From assembly GCA_964016885.1 (NCBI GenBank), contig OZ024749.1, positions 41,974,001 through 42,038,000 on the forward strand: 64,000 nt of DNA, in the 5' to 3' direction. Of the stretch, positions 25,483-38,790 are shown one piece after another. Within the stretch, counting starts at the first letter, position 1. Every line of letters starts with the position of its first letter. The stretch comes from Eledone cirrhosa. Taxonomy: Eukaryota. A model generated the notes under the pieces. It saw only the letters and a program-made list of their open reading frames with translations, ran no database searches and was not told the origin of the DNA. The position numbers and the translations under genes were made by a program.

Positions 25483-28400
25483 GAGGCTGGTATGCATGGC
25501 CGACTGCTGGTCTTCCACAAGAGGTTGGTATGCATGGCCGACTGCTGGTCTTCCACAAGAGGTTGGTATGCATGGCCGACTGCTGGTCTTCCACAAGAGG
25601 CTGGTATGCATGGCCGACTGCTGGTCTTCCACAAGAGGTTGGTATGCATGGCCGACTGCTGGTCTTCCACAAGAGGTTGGTATGCATGGCCGACTGCTGG
25701 TCTTCCACAAGAGGTTGGTATGCATGGCTGACTGCTGGTCTTCCACAAGAGGTTGGTATGCATGGCTGACTGCTGGTCTTCCACAAGAGGTTGGTATGCA
25801 TGGCCGACTGCTGGTCTTCCACAAGAGGTTGGTATGCATGGCCGACTGCTGGTCTTCCACAAGAGGTTGGTATGCATGGCCGACTGCTGGTCTTCCACAA
25901 GAGGTTGGTATGCATGGCTGACTGCTGGTCTTCCACAAGAGGCTGGTATGCATGGCTGACTGCTGGTCTTCCACAAGAGGTTGGTATGCATGGCCGACTG
26001 CTGGTCTTCCACAAGAGGTTGGTATGCATGGCTGACTGCTGGTCTTCCACAAGAGGTTGGTATGCATGGCTGACTGCTGGTCTTCCACAAGAGGTTGGTA
26101 TGCATGGCCGACTGCTGGTCTTCCACAAGAGGTTGGTATGCATGGCTGACTGCTGGTCTTCCACAAGAGGTTGGTATGCATGGCTGACTGCTGGTCTTCC
26201 ACAAGAGGTTGGTATGCATGGCCGACTGCTGGTCTTCCACAAGAGGTTGGTATGCATGGCTGACTGCTGGTCTTCCACAAGAGGTTGGTATGCATGGCTG
26301 ACTGCTGGTCTTCCACAAGAGGTTGGTATGCATGGCTGACTGCTGGTCTTCCACAAGAGGTTGGTATGCATGGCCGACTGCTGGTCTTCCACAAGAGGTT
26401 GGTATGCATGGCCGACTGCTGGTCTTCCACAAGAGGTTGGTATGCATGGCTGACTGCTGGTCTTCCACAAGAGGTTGGTATGCATGGCCGACTGCTGGTC
26501 TTCCACAAGAGGTTGGTATGCATGGCTGACTGCTGGTCTTCCACAAGAGGTTGGTATGCATGGCTGACTGCTGGTCTTCCACAAGAGGTTGGTATGCATG
26601 GCTGACTGCTGGTCTTCCACAAGAGGTTGGTATGCATGGCCAACTGCTGGTCTTCCACAAGAGGTTGGTATGCATGGCTGACTGCTGGTCTTCCACAAGA
26701 GGTTGGTATGCATGGCCGACTGCTGGTCTTCCACAAGAGGTTGGTATGCATGGCTGACTGCTGGTCTTCCACAAGAGGTTGGTATGCATGGCTGACTGCT
26801 GGTCTTCCACAAGAGGTTGGTATGCATGGCCGACTGCTGGTCTTCCACAAGAGGTTGGTATGCATGGCTGACTGCTGGTCTTCCACAAGAGGTTGGTATG
26901 CATGGCTGACTGCTGGTCTTCCACAAGAGGTTGGTATGCATGGCCGACTGCTGGTCTTCCACAAGAGGTTGGTATGCATGGCTGACTGCTGGTCTTCCAC
27001 AAGAGGTTGGTATGCATGGCTGACTGCTGGTCTTCCACAAGAGGTTGGTATGCATGGCTGACTGCTGGTCTTCCACAAGAGGTTGGTATGCATGGCCGAC
27101 TGCTGGTCTTCCACAAGAGGTTGGTATGCATGGCTGACTGCTGGTCTTCCACAAGAGGTTGGTATGCATGGCTGACTGCTGGTCTTCCACAAGAGGTTGG
27201 TATGCATGGCCGACTGCTGGTCTTCCACAAGAGGTTGGTATGCATGGCTGACTGCTGGTCTTCCACAAGAGGTTGGTATGCATGGCTGACTGCTGGTCTT
27301 CCACAAGAGGTTGGTATGCATGGCTGACTGCTGGTCTTCCACAAGAGGTTGGTATGCATGGCCAACTGCTGGTCTTCCACAAGAGGTTGGTATGCATGGC
27401 TGACTGCTGGTCTTCCACAAGAGGTTGGTATGCATGGCCGACTGCTGGTCTTCCACAAGAGGTTGGTATGCATGGCTGACTGCTGGTCTTCCACAAGAGG
27501 TTGGTATGCATGGCTGACTGCTGGTCTTCCACAAGAGGTTGGTATGCATGGCTGACTGCTGGTCTTCCACAAGAGGTTGGTATGCATGGCCGACTGCTGG
27601 TCTTCCACAAGAGGTTGGTATGCATGGCTGACTGCTGGTCTTCCACAAGAGGTTGGTATGCATGGCTGACTGCTGGTCTTCCACAAGAGGTTGGTATGCA
27701 TGGCCAACTGCTGGTCTTCCACAAGAGGTTGGTATGCATGGCTGACTGCTGGTCTTCCACAAGAGGTTGGTATGCATGGCTGACTGCTGGTCTTCCACAA
27801 GAGGTTGGTATGCATGGCCGACTGCTGGTCTTCCACAAGAGGTTGGTATGCATGGCTGACTGCTGGTCTTCCACAAGAGGTTGGTATGCATGGCCGACTG
27901 CTGGTCTTCCACAAGAGGCTGGTATGCATGGCCGACTGCTGGTCTTCCACAAGAGGTTGGTATGCATGGCTGACTGCTGGTCTTCCACAAGAGGTTGGTA
28001 TGCATGGCTGACTGCTGGTCTTCCACAAGAGGTTGGTATGCATGGCCGACTGCTGGTCTTCCACAAGAGGTTGGTATGCATGGCCGACTGCTGGTCTTCC
28101 TCAAGAGGTTGGTATGCATGGCTGACTGCTGGTCTTCCACAAGAGGTTGGTATGCATGGCCGACTGCTGGTCTTCCACAAGAGGTTGGTATGCATGGCCG
28201 ACTGCTGGTCTTCCACAAGAGGTTGGTATGCATGGCTGACTGCTGGTCTTCCTCAAGAGGTTGGTATGCATGGCCGACTGCTGGTCTTCCACAAGAGGTT
28301 GGTATGCATGGCTGACTGCTGGTCTTCCTCAAGAGGTTGGTATGCATGGCCGACTGCTGGTCTTCCACAAGAGGTTGGTATGCATGGCCGACTGCTGGTC

Positions 28401-29700
28401 TTCCACAAGAGGTTGGTATGCATGGCCGACTGCTGGTCTTCCTCAAGAGGCTGGTATGCATGGCCGACTGCTGGTCTTCCACAAGAGGCTGGTATGCATG
28501 GCCGACTGCTGGTCTTCCACAAGAGGCTGGTATGCATGGCCGACTGCTGGTCTTCCACAAGAGGTTGGTATGCATGGCTGACTGCTGGTCTTCCACAAGA
28601 GGTTGGTATGCATGGCCGACTGCTGGTCTTCCTCAAGAGGCTGGTATGCATGGCCGACTGCTGGTCTTCCACAAGAGGCTGGTATGCATGGCCGACTGCT
28701 GGTCTTCCACAAGAGGCTGGTATGCATGGCCGACTGCTGGTCTTCCACAAGAGGTTGGTATGCATGGCCGACTGCTGGTCTTCCACAAGAGGTTGGTATG
28801 CATGGCCGACTGCTGGTCTTCCTCAAGAGGCTGGTATGCATGGCCGACTGCTGGTCTTCCACAAGAGGCTGGTATGCATGGCCGACTGCTGGTCTTCCAC
28901 AAGAGGCTGGTATGCATGGCCGACTGCTGGTCTTCCACAAGAGGCTGGTATGCATGGCCGACTGCTGGTCTTCCACAAGAGGTTGGTATGCATGGCCGAC
29001 TGCTGGTCTTCCACAAGAGGTTGGTATGCATGGCCGACTGCTGGTCTTCCACAAGAGGCTGGTATGCATGGCCGACTGCTGGTCTTCCACAAGAGGTTGG
29101 TATGCATGGCTGACTGCTGGTCTTCCACAAGAGGTTGGTATGCATGGCTGACTGCTGGTCTTCCTCAAGAGGTTGGTATGCATGGCCGACTGCTGGTCTT
29201 CCTCAAGAGGCTGGTATGCATGGCCGACTGCTGGTCTTCCACAAGAGGCTGGTATGCATGGCCGACTGCTGGTCTTCCACAAGAGGCTGGTATGCATGGC
29301 TGACTGCTGGTCTTCCACAAGAGGCTGGTATGCATGGCCGACTGCTGGTCTTCCACAAGAGGCTGGTATGCATGGCCGACTGCTGGTCTTCCACAAGAGG
29401 CTGGTATGCATGGCCGACTGCTGGTCTTCCACAAGAGGCTGGTATGCATGGCCGACTGCTGGTCTTCCACAAGAGGCTGGTATGCATGGCCGACTGCTGG
29501 TCTTCCACAAGAGGCTGGTATGCATGGCCGACTGCTGGTCTTCCACAAGAGGCTGGTATGCATGGCCGACTGCTGGTCTTCCACAAGAGGTTGGTATGCA
29601 TGGCCGACTGCTGGTCTTCCTCAAGAGGTTGGTATGCATGGCTGACTGCTGGTCTTCCTCAAGAGGTTGGTATGCATGGCCGACTGCTGGTCTTCCACAA
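25483..29700. repeat. 38-bp minisatellite, 111 copies
   Basis: Unit GAGGYTGGTATGCATGGCYRACTGCTGGTCTTCCWCAA; 4218 bp / 38 = 111; no spacers. Confidence 0.97.
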
Positions 29701-29788
29701 ACAAACTTACTCAGACTTGTGCCTTGGAGGGGAAATTTCTAGGTACAAACCCCATGGTCATTTGTGACCAAGGGTGTCTTTAACCTTC

Positions 29789-29823
<35 letters not shown>

Positions 29824-29968
29824 TATATATATATATTTAATATAGAAATGGCTTCTACAGGACTAGAACTGTTTCATTCAGAGGAAATCAAAGGAAAGGC
29901 CCGACTGAACCCGGGATAAACATTTATATATATTAGAATCGGTGCTCTGAAATAGCGATATATATATG

Positions 29969-30399
29969 AATGTATATATAGTGTATTTTGCAATACACTG
30001 TATGCTTTAATTAAAGGCATTTCGAAGATCTTACGCTATTGTTTTAGAGTAGTGACAGTCTCACTTACTTTAAATTTTCAGCAAACAGGGGAGATAAAGC
30101 TGACAGAGCTCTGTTTTGTACTTGTTGGTACTTATCAAAGCTAAGTACTCCACCTGTTTGCTGAAAATCATGAATGTTTGATTCTTATAGAATTCTAGTA
30201 ATAATCAGCAAACAGGTGGAGTACTTAGCTTTGATAAGTACCAAAAAGTACGAAACAGAGCTCTGTCAGCTTTATCTCCCCTGTTTGCTGAAAATTTAAA
30301 GTAAGTGAGACTGTCACTACTCTAAAACAATAGTGTAAGGTTTTCGAAATGCTTTTAATTAAGCATACAGTGTATTGCAAAATACACTATATATACATT
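29969..30399. repeat. Fold-back inverted repeat, about 195-bp arms, about 40-nt loop
   Basis: 29969-30164 is reverse complement of 30205-30399 with few mismatches. Confidence 0.9.
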
Positions 30400-31706
30400 G
30401 ATATATATGTATATCTATATGAATGGTGTTTCGTAAAGATCCTTGTTCATTGTACAGGCTGTGGTCAGAGTTGGACTATTTCAAGACATGGTCAGAGGGG
30501 AGGTTGTGTTTGGTGCATAAAGAAAGGAAGTTGTATGGGATGGGAGCTGTGATGGCAGCATATGTGTGTGTGTGTAGTAAAGGAGTGTTGTGTGAATGTA
30601 TGGGTGTCATATTATGATTAGTTAGTTAATTAGTAGCATTAGAAACAATAAAATATTGGTGTTTGTCTGTGATTGTGTTAGTGTTTCCCTTGATGGGTGT
30701 TGGAAGTAATGTATGTGTGTTAATGTGTGAGTGGTCTGTTAGTTAATTAGTAACATTAGTTGGATCAAATATATATCATGGCCGTGTAGTGTGTGAATAG
30801 AGTCGTTAGAATAAATTTGCTACATTGGACAATATCATTATCATGCTTACATGTCATTTGAAGTATTGTTTTCATGCCTAGTGATTTTCAAATCTATTTA
30901 TCCCTTTAGCATTTAAACTGGCCATATTCGATAAGAATTCTGTTCAAACTGGCCATAACTGGCTGCTTATACTGGTGTATTCTCAAAATAAATAATATCA
31001 AAATCTCATAGATTCGATATTATGTGAGATAATTATGTAAGATAAAGCTTTTACTGTGAAAATATAATAGTAAATATAGACTAATGTAAATGCTAAAGGG
31101 TTAAAGAAAATTGTTGTATAATCCAATAAATAATATCAAAATCTCATAGATTCGATATTATGTGAGATAATTATGTGAAATAAAGTATTTACAGTGAAAA
31201 TACAACAGTAAATATAGACTAATGTAAATGCTAAAGGGTTAAGTTTCTCTCTAACTGTAATTTTTCTTACAATATAATTTCCTCCAAATTGCTTAGATTA
31301 ATAGGCTATTCTCTAATTACACACCTTACCTGCTTTCATATTTAATATGTGTTTATTTCACTATTTGAAAGCTTGCCTTCATATTTTCTGGATGTGTTAA
31401 AGTAACTCAATGGATCTATCTATATTTCCTGATGATATGAGGCTAGATTTATATGTGCCATATAAGTCATTAGGAATTATTTAATTTACTGATTAATTAA
31501 TTCTTTGTATTGGTGCTACATCTATCGTCAGAGAAACGATTGTAGAAACCAAAGATTGAATTTAAATAACAACTTTGGTTTTCCTTTTGTACTGATTATA
31601 TATTCTCTTATTACTCTTTTACCTGTACCAGCCATCCGACTGAGGCCATGCTACATATGGATATATATATATATATGTGTGTGTGTATATATTTATATCC
31701 ATATGT

Positions 31707-32106
31707 GGAGGCACATGGCTTAGTGGTTAGAGCATTGGGCTTGCAATTGAAAGGTTGTAAGTTCAATTCTCAGACCGGGTGATGTATTGTTTCCTTGAGC
31801 AAGACACTTTATTTCACATTGCTCCAGTTTACTCAGCTGTAGAAATGAGATGATAGGACTGGGGTCCCTTTCATTCCATTGCAAAGTGGTCGTGGAGGTA
31901 CCACAGCAAAAAAGCACCCAGCCCACACTGTAAAGTGGACGTGTAGGCGCTACTGAAAAAAAAGCACCCAGCACTCACTGTAAATGAGGTTGGTGTTAGG
32001 AAGGGCATCCAGCTGTAGAAATTAAGCCAGAATCAGTTCCCGTCCCACCTTTGCAAGCAGGGAAAAGCGGACGTAAAATGAAATAATGATGATGATGATG
32101 ATGATG
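31707..32106 (+). mobile_element. CORE-type SINE with RTE tail (same family as 23148)
   Basis: Near-identical to 23148-23495 with one extra internal subrepeat. Confidence 0.85.
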
Positions 32107-32185
32107 TAGTTGACAGCTGAAAGAAAAGAGTACTCAATACCAAAGTAGAGCTTAAATATTCATTTTATTAAGGCTAAATAGTGAC

Positions 32186-32235
32186 TCTTGTTACTGTGGA
32201 GTTTTGCCTGCTTCTCACAGGGTCATCAGACAAGA
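32186..32235 (-). ncRNA. Decayed hammerhead motif (G12 mutated)
   Basis: Minus strand: TCTTGT-CTGATGA-cCCTG-tgagaag-CAGGc-aAAA-CT-ccac-AGT-A-ACAAGA. Confidence 0.5.
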
Positions 32236-33001
32236 ACAGTTGAAGAGATAAGAATGTTTGGAAAATATGTTTCTAAAAAAAATGTGACTGTTTATTTACA
32301 GGCCAATATGGAAATCTTTTGTCAGTTTGTTTTGGTGTAACTGGTAAGCACAGCTGCTACAGTATATGACAGATGTAAGTTTGAGTCCCACAGGCAACTC
32401 TATCCACGTTTTTCAATCTCTAGAGGCTCTGATATGCCCAGCTTGTAAGACTATTTTTCATAGCCAAAAACTTAACTTTAAGTTAATATATTTTCAAAAA
32501 TTCATATCTGCTCCACATTTCTAAAAAATATGATCATATATATCATCATCATCATCATCATCATCGTTTAACGTCCATCTTCCACGCTTGCATGGGTTTG
32601 GATGGGGGTTTTCCCACTTGAGGCAAGATTAGTTGTCCTGCTCGTATAGGACTGTCTGGCGGGTTTTCTACAGCTGGATGCCCTTCCTAACACCAACCAC
32701 GTTTACAGTGTGTACTGGGAGGTTTTTACCGTGTTACCTACACGGCCACATTACAGCGTGGACTGTGTGTTTTTTTGTCGTGACACCTACACGACTTCAT
32801 TTGTTTCGGACTGGATGTTGTGGTACCAACATAACTTAACATTTAAGGGGGTGGTGTGGATTGGGTGGGGGTAGTGGGACGGGGGTGTATTTTGTTAGAG
32901 GTGCCTACTGACTGTAGGTTTCACTTTGTACTTAGGTAAGGCGGGTCTTCTGTATAACTGTGTAGCGCCAAAGCTCTCGGTCCAGTGACATTGTCTTGGA
33001 G

Positions 33002-33038
<37 letters not shown>

Positions 33039-33039
33039 A

Positions 33040-33200
33040 AAGGTAAACAGAAATAACAACACAATCGGTACAGTATATGGAAGGAATATATTAGGTTAAC
33101 GCTTGAAACAACAGGAAGAGGGTCTTAATGTTTCGGATGCTAGTCCTTCATTAGAAGAAAGAATGAGAAATTATAAAGATTGAAAGGACGGGAGGAATGG
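33040..33200 (-). mobile_element. Second copy of the hammerhead-bearing repeat at about 2480-2640, core decayed
   Basis: Minus strand tctt-CTAATGA-aggactagcatcc-GAAA-cattaaga plus shared flanks. Confidence 0.65.
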
Positions 33201-33528
33201 AATTGAAAAAAATGTTTTCAGAGAAAAATAACAGGTCCATTAATATTGCCATCTCTTGGAAAACTGTTGATGCTGGCGTTTTGTATATTATATATCTGTA
33301 TCTATCCTTTGTGATCCAGTCTCTATTTTTGTACTCCCGAAGAAGGGCTAAAACCTGACACATTGAACTGTCTTTACCCTTTTCCATAAAGCGTGAAACT
33401 AATAAGACTTTTTGTACCTCTGTTTGTTGTTTCCTTGAACTATATATATATATATCCCGTCCAAACCCATGCTAGCGTGGAAGATGGACGTTAAACGATG
33501 ATGATGATGATTATATAGATATATGTGC

Positions 33529-33572
<44 letters not shown>

Positions 33573-33612
33573 GATATTAACAAATGGAAACTATATTTAT
33601 AAAACCATATTT

Positions 33613-33675
33613 ATTTCATTATACATATTTCAAGGACATCAAGTTAAATTATGGTGTGCTTTCATCAGATAAAAT
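33613..33675 (-). ncRNA. AT-rich type-I hammerhead motif (family of 6737-6793)
   Basis: Minus strand: ATTTTAT-CTGATGA-AAGcACAcCA-taatttaact-TGaTGTcCTT-GAAA-TATGTAT-A-ATGAAAT. Confidence 0.6.
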
Positions 33676-33894
33676 ATAATATAGAGCAGTTTTATAAATA
33701 AATATTGACACACTCTTAAAGAATGCAACCATTACTGTTGTGTATGTATATGTGTGTGTGTGTATATATGTTTGTATGTGTGTGTATATATATATATATA
33801 TTTATACACACATACTGATGTCATTATTTCTAAAATACACCAAAAGCTATATCTTCGGTTTCCACCTCTCCCCAGACATTACCACCACCACCAC

Positions 33895-34798
33895 CATCGC
33901 CCCACCACCCTCGCCTCCACCACCCTCGCCCCACCACCCTCGCCTCCACCACCCTCGCCCCACCACCCTCGCCTCCACCACCCTCGCCCCACCACCCTCG
34001 CCCCACCACCCTCGCCCCCACCACCCTCGCCCCACCACCCTCGCCTCCACCACCCTCGCCCCACCACCCTCGCCCCACCACCCTCGCCTCCACCACCCTC
34101 GCCCCACCACCCTCGCCCCACCACCCTCGCCTCCACCACCCTCGCCCCACCACCCTCGCCTCCACCACCCTCGCCCCACCACCCTCGCCCCACCACCCTC
34201 GCCTCCACCACCCTCGCCCCACCACCCTCGCCCCACCACCCTCGCCTCCACCACCCTCGCCCCACCACCCTCGCCCCACCACCCTCGCCTCCACCACCCT
34301 CGCCCCACCACCCTCGCCCCACCACCCTCACCTCCACCACCCTCGCCCCACCACCCTCGCCCCACCACCCTCGCCTCCACCACCCTCGCCCCACCACCCT
34401 CGCCCCACCACCCTCGCCTCCACCACCATCGCCCCACCACCCTCGCCCCACCACCCTCGCCCCACCACCCTCGCCCCACCACCCTCGCCTCCACCACCCT
34501 CGCCCCACCACCCTCGCCCCACCACCCTCGCCCCACCACCCTCGCCTCCACCACCCTCGCCCCACCACCCTCGCCCCACCACCCTCGCCTCCACCACCAT
34601 CGCCCCACCACCCTCGCCCCACCACCCTCGCCTCCACCACCCTCGCCCCACCACCCTCGCCACACCACCCTCGCCCCACCACCCTCGCCTCCACCACCCT
34701 CGCCCCACCACCCTCGCCTCCACCACCCTCGCCCCACCACCCTCGCCCCACCACCCTCGCCTCCACCACCCTCGCCCCACCACCCTCGCCCCACCACC
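33895..34798. repeat. GC-rich 14/15-bp minisatellite (ccaccaccctcgcc[t])
   Basis: Seen directly; followed by (CAT)/(CAC) tracts to about 35620. Confidence 0.95.
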
Positions 34799-34883
34799 CA
34801 CTCATTTTTGCTTTCGTAAACCAGATGTGTCAAGCTTCCCTCATTCCCTTATCATCATCATCATCACCATCTCCACCTTCACA

Positions 34884-34924
<41 letters not shown>

Positions 34925-36149
34925 CATCCTCATCATCACCATCACATTCACCATCATCATCATCATCATTACAATTACCATCATCATCATCACCATCATC
35001 GTCATCACATCATCATCACCATCTCCATCTTCATCTTCATCAGCATCATCACCATCATTATCATCATCATCATCCTCATCATCACCATCATCATCATCAT
35101 TATTATAATTGTCATCAGGATTGCTATGGTCACCACCACCACCACTACCACTACGACCTCCTTTACTACCACCACCACCACCACCACCACTGTCACCCCC
35201 ACCACTACCACCACCACCTTCACCATCACCGCCACCACCTTCACCATCATCACCACCACCACCACCACCACCACCACTGTCACCCCCACCACCCCCACCA
35301 CCACCTTCACCATCACCGCCACCACCTTCACCATCACCGCCACCACCTTCACCACCGTCACCATCACCATCACCATCACTGCCACCACCTTCACCATCAT
35401 CACCACCACCACCACCACCACCGTCACCGTCACCGTCACCATCACCATCACCATCACTGCCACCACCTTCACCATCATCACCACCACCACCACCACCACC
35501 GTCACCGTCACCGTCACCATCACCATCACCATCACTGCCACCACCTTCACCATCATCACCACCATCACCACCATCACCACCGTCACCATCACCATCACCA
35601 TCACCATCATCACCCCATCATGCTATCATTTGCAAAAACTAATTTACTATTTTTCTGCTAAATTTACCCTCCCAGAGTTAATTTCTACACCCTCATCATC
35701 TGTGGTTTGTTTTTTGGTGTTGTTTGAAGTTTTCTTTTTGTTTTCTGTTTTTCATTGTTTATTTGTTTTTTAATAAAACAAACAAACAAACAAACAAACA
35801 AACAAACAAAAAACTGCTCAAAACTGCCAAAAACTTAACTGGGTGCAAACATATCTGTTTTGACAAATATTTTGTGACAAATTGGCAAATTATATGTAAT
35901 TAGGGCAGTTTTTATTTTTTAGTTTAGTTGACATCTCACACTGCCCCCCCCCCCCATTTCTACCAAAATTTGCATCTATAGAGGACAGGAATGTCTGTTA
36001 GTAAGATTGTCAACCCCTCTTGGCCTTCTGTGGTGTCAGTAGCTTCATATATGTGTACTGACCTGGTCAGTTGATGACCCAACCCCTTCCAACTCTTGTT
36101 AAGCAAGAAAAGAGGATGTTAAATGATGATGATCATGGGGATGATGGTC

Positions 36150-36188
<39 letters not shown>

Positions 36189-36379
36189 GTGATGTGTGCT
36201 GATTGCCAACTTGTAGTGTGACATAAGAACCATATTTCTTTGTGTATGGACAAAGCATGGCCACATGGTTAAGTGGTTTTCTTTGCAATCATTAGTTTCT
36301 GGGTTCAGTCCCATTATGTGTCATCTTCAGCAAGTGTCATTTACCGTAGCCTTTGGTTGACTCAATGAAAACTTGATTT

Positions 36380-36600
36380 TAAGACCTTTTGATTCCAAAT
36401 TTTACTTCCACGTTTGAAATTTCCCTTTAATTCCACCCCAAATTCATCTATAAAGACGAGATCATCAGAATATAGGAGTTCCCATGGGCAACCAATTTTA
36501 AACTCCTCTGTTATAGCCTGGAGGACGATAATAAACAGGAGTTGGCTAAGAACAGAGCCCAGGTGGATCCTCAATTTGCATGCTAAATTCATCACTATAC
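36380..36600 (-). mobile_element. Decayed RTE reverse-transcriptase core fragment
   Basis: GSVLSQLLFIIVLQAITEEFKIGCPWELLYSDDLV (QG..LSP.LF and YADD motifs). Confidence 0.8.
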
Positions 36601-37305
36601 AGCTCCTGAACTCCCGAACTGGAGCCTTGCCACTGGATACAGTTTAATGTCATACTCAGGACAACACTTATATGTCTATATAAATTTTTATTGTATATCT
36701 GTATCATATTATTTATCAGTATCTTAGAGGGTAGAGGGTCGGACGCCATACTTTCCAGCATAGTTACGTCCCTTTATGATCTGAGTTCAAATCCCGCCGA
36801 GGTTGACTTTGCCTTTCATCCTTACGGGGTCGATAAAATAAAGTACCAGTAATGCACTGGGTAATTGCTGGCCTTGTGCCTAAAGTAGAAACAATTATTT
36901 ATCAGTATCTTAATCTCCCACATATATTTCACTATAATATTCAGTTTCTCATGACATTAAAGAATATAATACAACCAGATGTTTAGTATGTGTAACAAGA
37001 ATTGTTTCTACGTTAGGCACAAGACCAGCAATTATTCCAGTGTATTACTGGTACTTTATTTTATCGACCCCGTAAGGATGAAAGGCAAAGTTAACCTCGG
37101 CGGGATTTGAACTCAGAATGGCAAGGGCCGTAACTCAATGCCGATACTGCCAATCCACCGCCCTAATGTATTCAAAAGAGAACAAAAATTATGTAGTTTA
37201 TTCATTTGATTTATTGACTTCTTGTCTTTGAGACAAACAACGTTCAATTAATCTGATTCTCAAATTTACGAAATAATATTTGTAGACAATTGTTATCAAC
37301 ATGTA

Positions 37306-37467
37306 TGAGAGAGGGCAGGAAAGTTCAGAGGCTGACTATGAAGGAGTGATGCTAGAGCTGTGAAATCTTGCATGCATTAATTTCAACTCTTCTTATTACA
37401 AATATTGCATTAGGTCATTCCATGAGAGTATCTTGGTCAGCCTATGAACTTCTCAGCTGACCTTTGC
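37306..37467. mobile_element. Mariner-like MITE; left part and flank duplicated in inverted orientation at 37575-37688
   Basis: TIR-like aaagttcagaggctgac / gtcagcctatgaacttct. Confidence 0.55.
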
Positions 37468-38119
37468 AATATGAAATGAGTGTTTTTAAGGTCAGTAGAA
37501 AAATTAAAAAAGAAACTTGTACTTGTGTATAAAGTGATGCTTTGTTTTAACCCTTAATTTTAGTTTAAATGAGAAATAAGAAGAGTTGAAATTAATGCAT
37601 GCAAGATTTCACAGCTCTAGCATCTGAACTTTCCTGCCCTCTCTCATACATGTTGATAACAATTGTCTACAAATATTATTTCGTAAATCAGCAATATTTG
37701 TTATGAGAAAATATGGTATGATTCCTAGTTGAGGCTGTAATGGTGATGGTGATGGTGATGATGAGAATGTTGCTGGATGATAATGAAAATGATGATAGTG
37801 ATGGTAGTTGTCATCGTAGTTGATGATGGTGATGATGATACTGTTGACTATGATGATAATGATGATGATCATGATGTCAATGATGACGATGTCAATGATG
37901 ATGATAACGATAATGATGATGATGATGATGATGATGATAATGTCGATGATGATGATGATGAGGATGATGGTGGTAGGGGGGAATTGTGATGAGGACGATG
38001 ATGGTAATAATGATGATGATGATGCCAATGATAATGGGAGGGGGGAGGGATTGTGGTGATGATGGTGAAGATGATTCTGGTGATGACACTGATGACGAGG
38101 ATGATGGATGTGATGATCA

Positions 38120-38790
38120 TGACAATGCTGAAGAACGATTGTGGTGATGATGGTGATGATGGTGAAGAACGATTGTGGTGATGATGATGATGCTGAAGAA
38201 CGATTGTGGTGATGATGGTGATGATGCTGAAGAACGATTGTGGTGATGATGGTGATGATGCTGAAGAACGATTGTGGTGATGATGGTGATGATGGTGAAG
38301 AACGATTGTGGTGATGATGATGATGCTGAAGAACGATTGTGGTGATGATGGTGATGATGGTGAAGAACGATTGTGGTGATGATGGTGATGATGGTGAAGA
38401 ACGATTGTGGTGATGATGGTGATGATGGTGAAGAACGATTGTGGTGATGATGGTGATGATGGTGAAGAACGATTGTGGTGATGATGGTGATGATGGTGAA
38501 GAACGATTGTGGTGATGATGGTGATGATGGTGAAGAACGATTGTGGTGATGATGATGATGCTGAAGAACGATTGTGGTGATGATGATGATGCTGAAGAAC
38601 GATTGTGGTGATGATGATGATGATGGTGAAGAACGATTGTGGTGATGATGGTGATGATGGTGAAGAACGATTGTGGTGATGATGGTGATGATGGTGAAGA
38701 ACGATTGTGGTGATGATGATGCTGAAGAACGATTGTGGTGATGATGATGATGCTGAAGAACGATTGTGGTGATGATGATGATGATGATGA
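38120..38790. repeat. Minisatellite gaagaacgattgtggt(gat/ggt)n, about 28-34 bp units
   Basis: Seen directly. Confidence 0.9.

Noticed and set aside
25483-29700. CRISPR array or 900-1000-aa repeat protein genes
   Set aside because: The units are contiguous with no unique spacers, there are no cas genes and the context is eukaryotic. ORFs appear in all frames simply because the 38-bp unit has no minus-strand stop.
33740-35773. 635-aa Pro/His-rich ORF and overlapping ORFs
   Set aside because: Derived from a 14/15-bp minisatellite and trinucleotide tracts, with no domain or credible start
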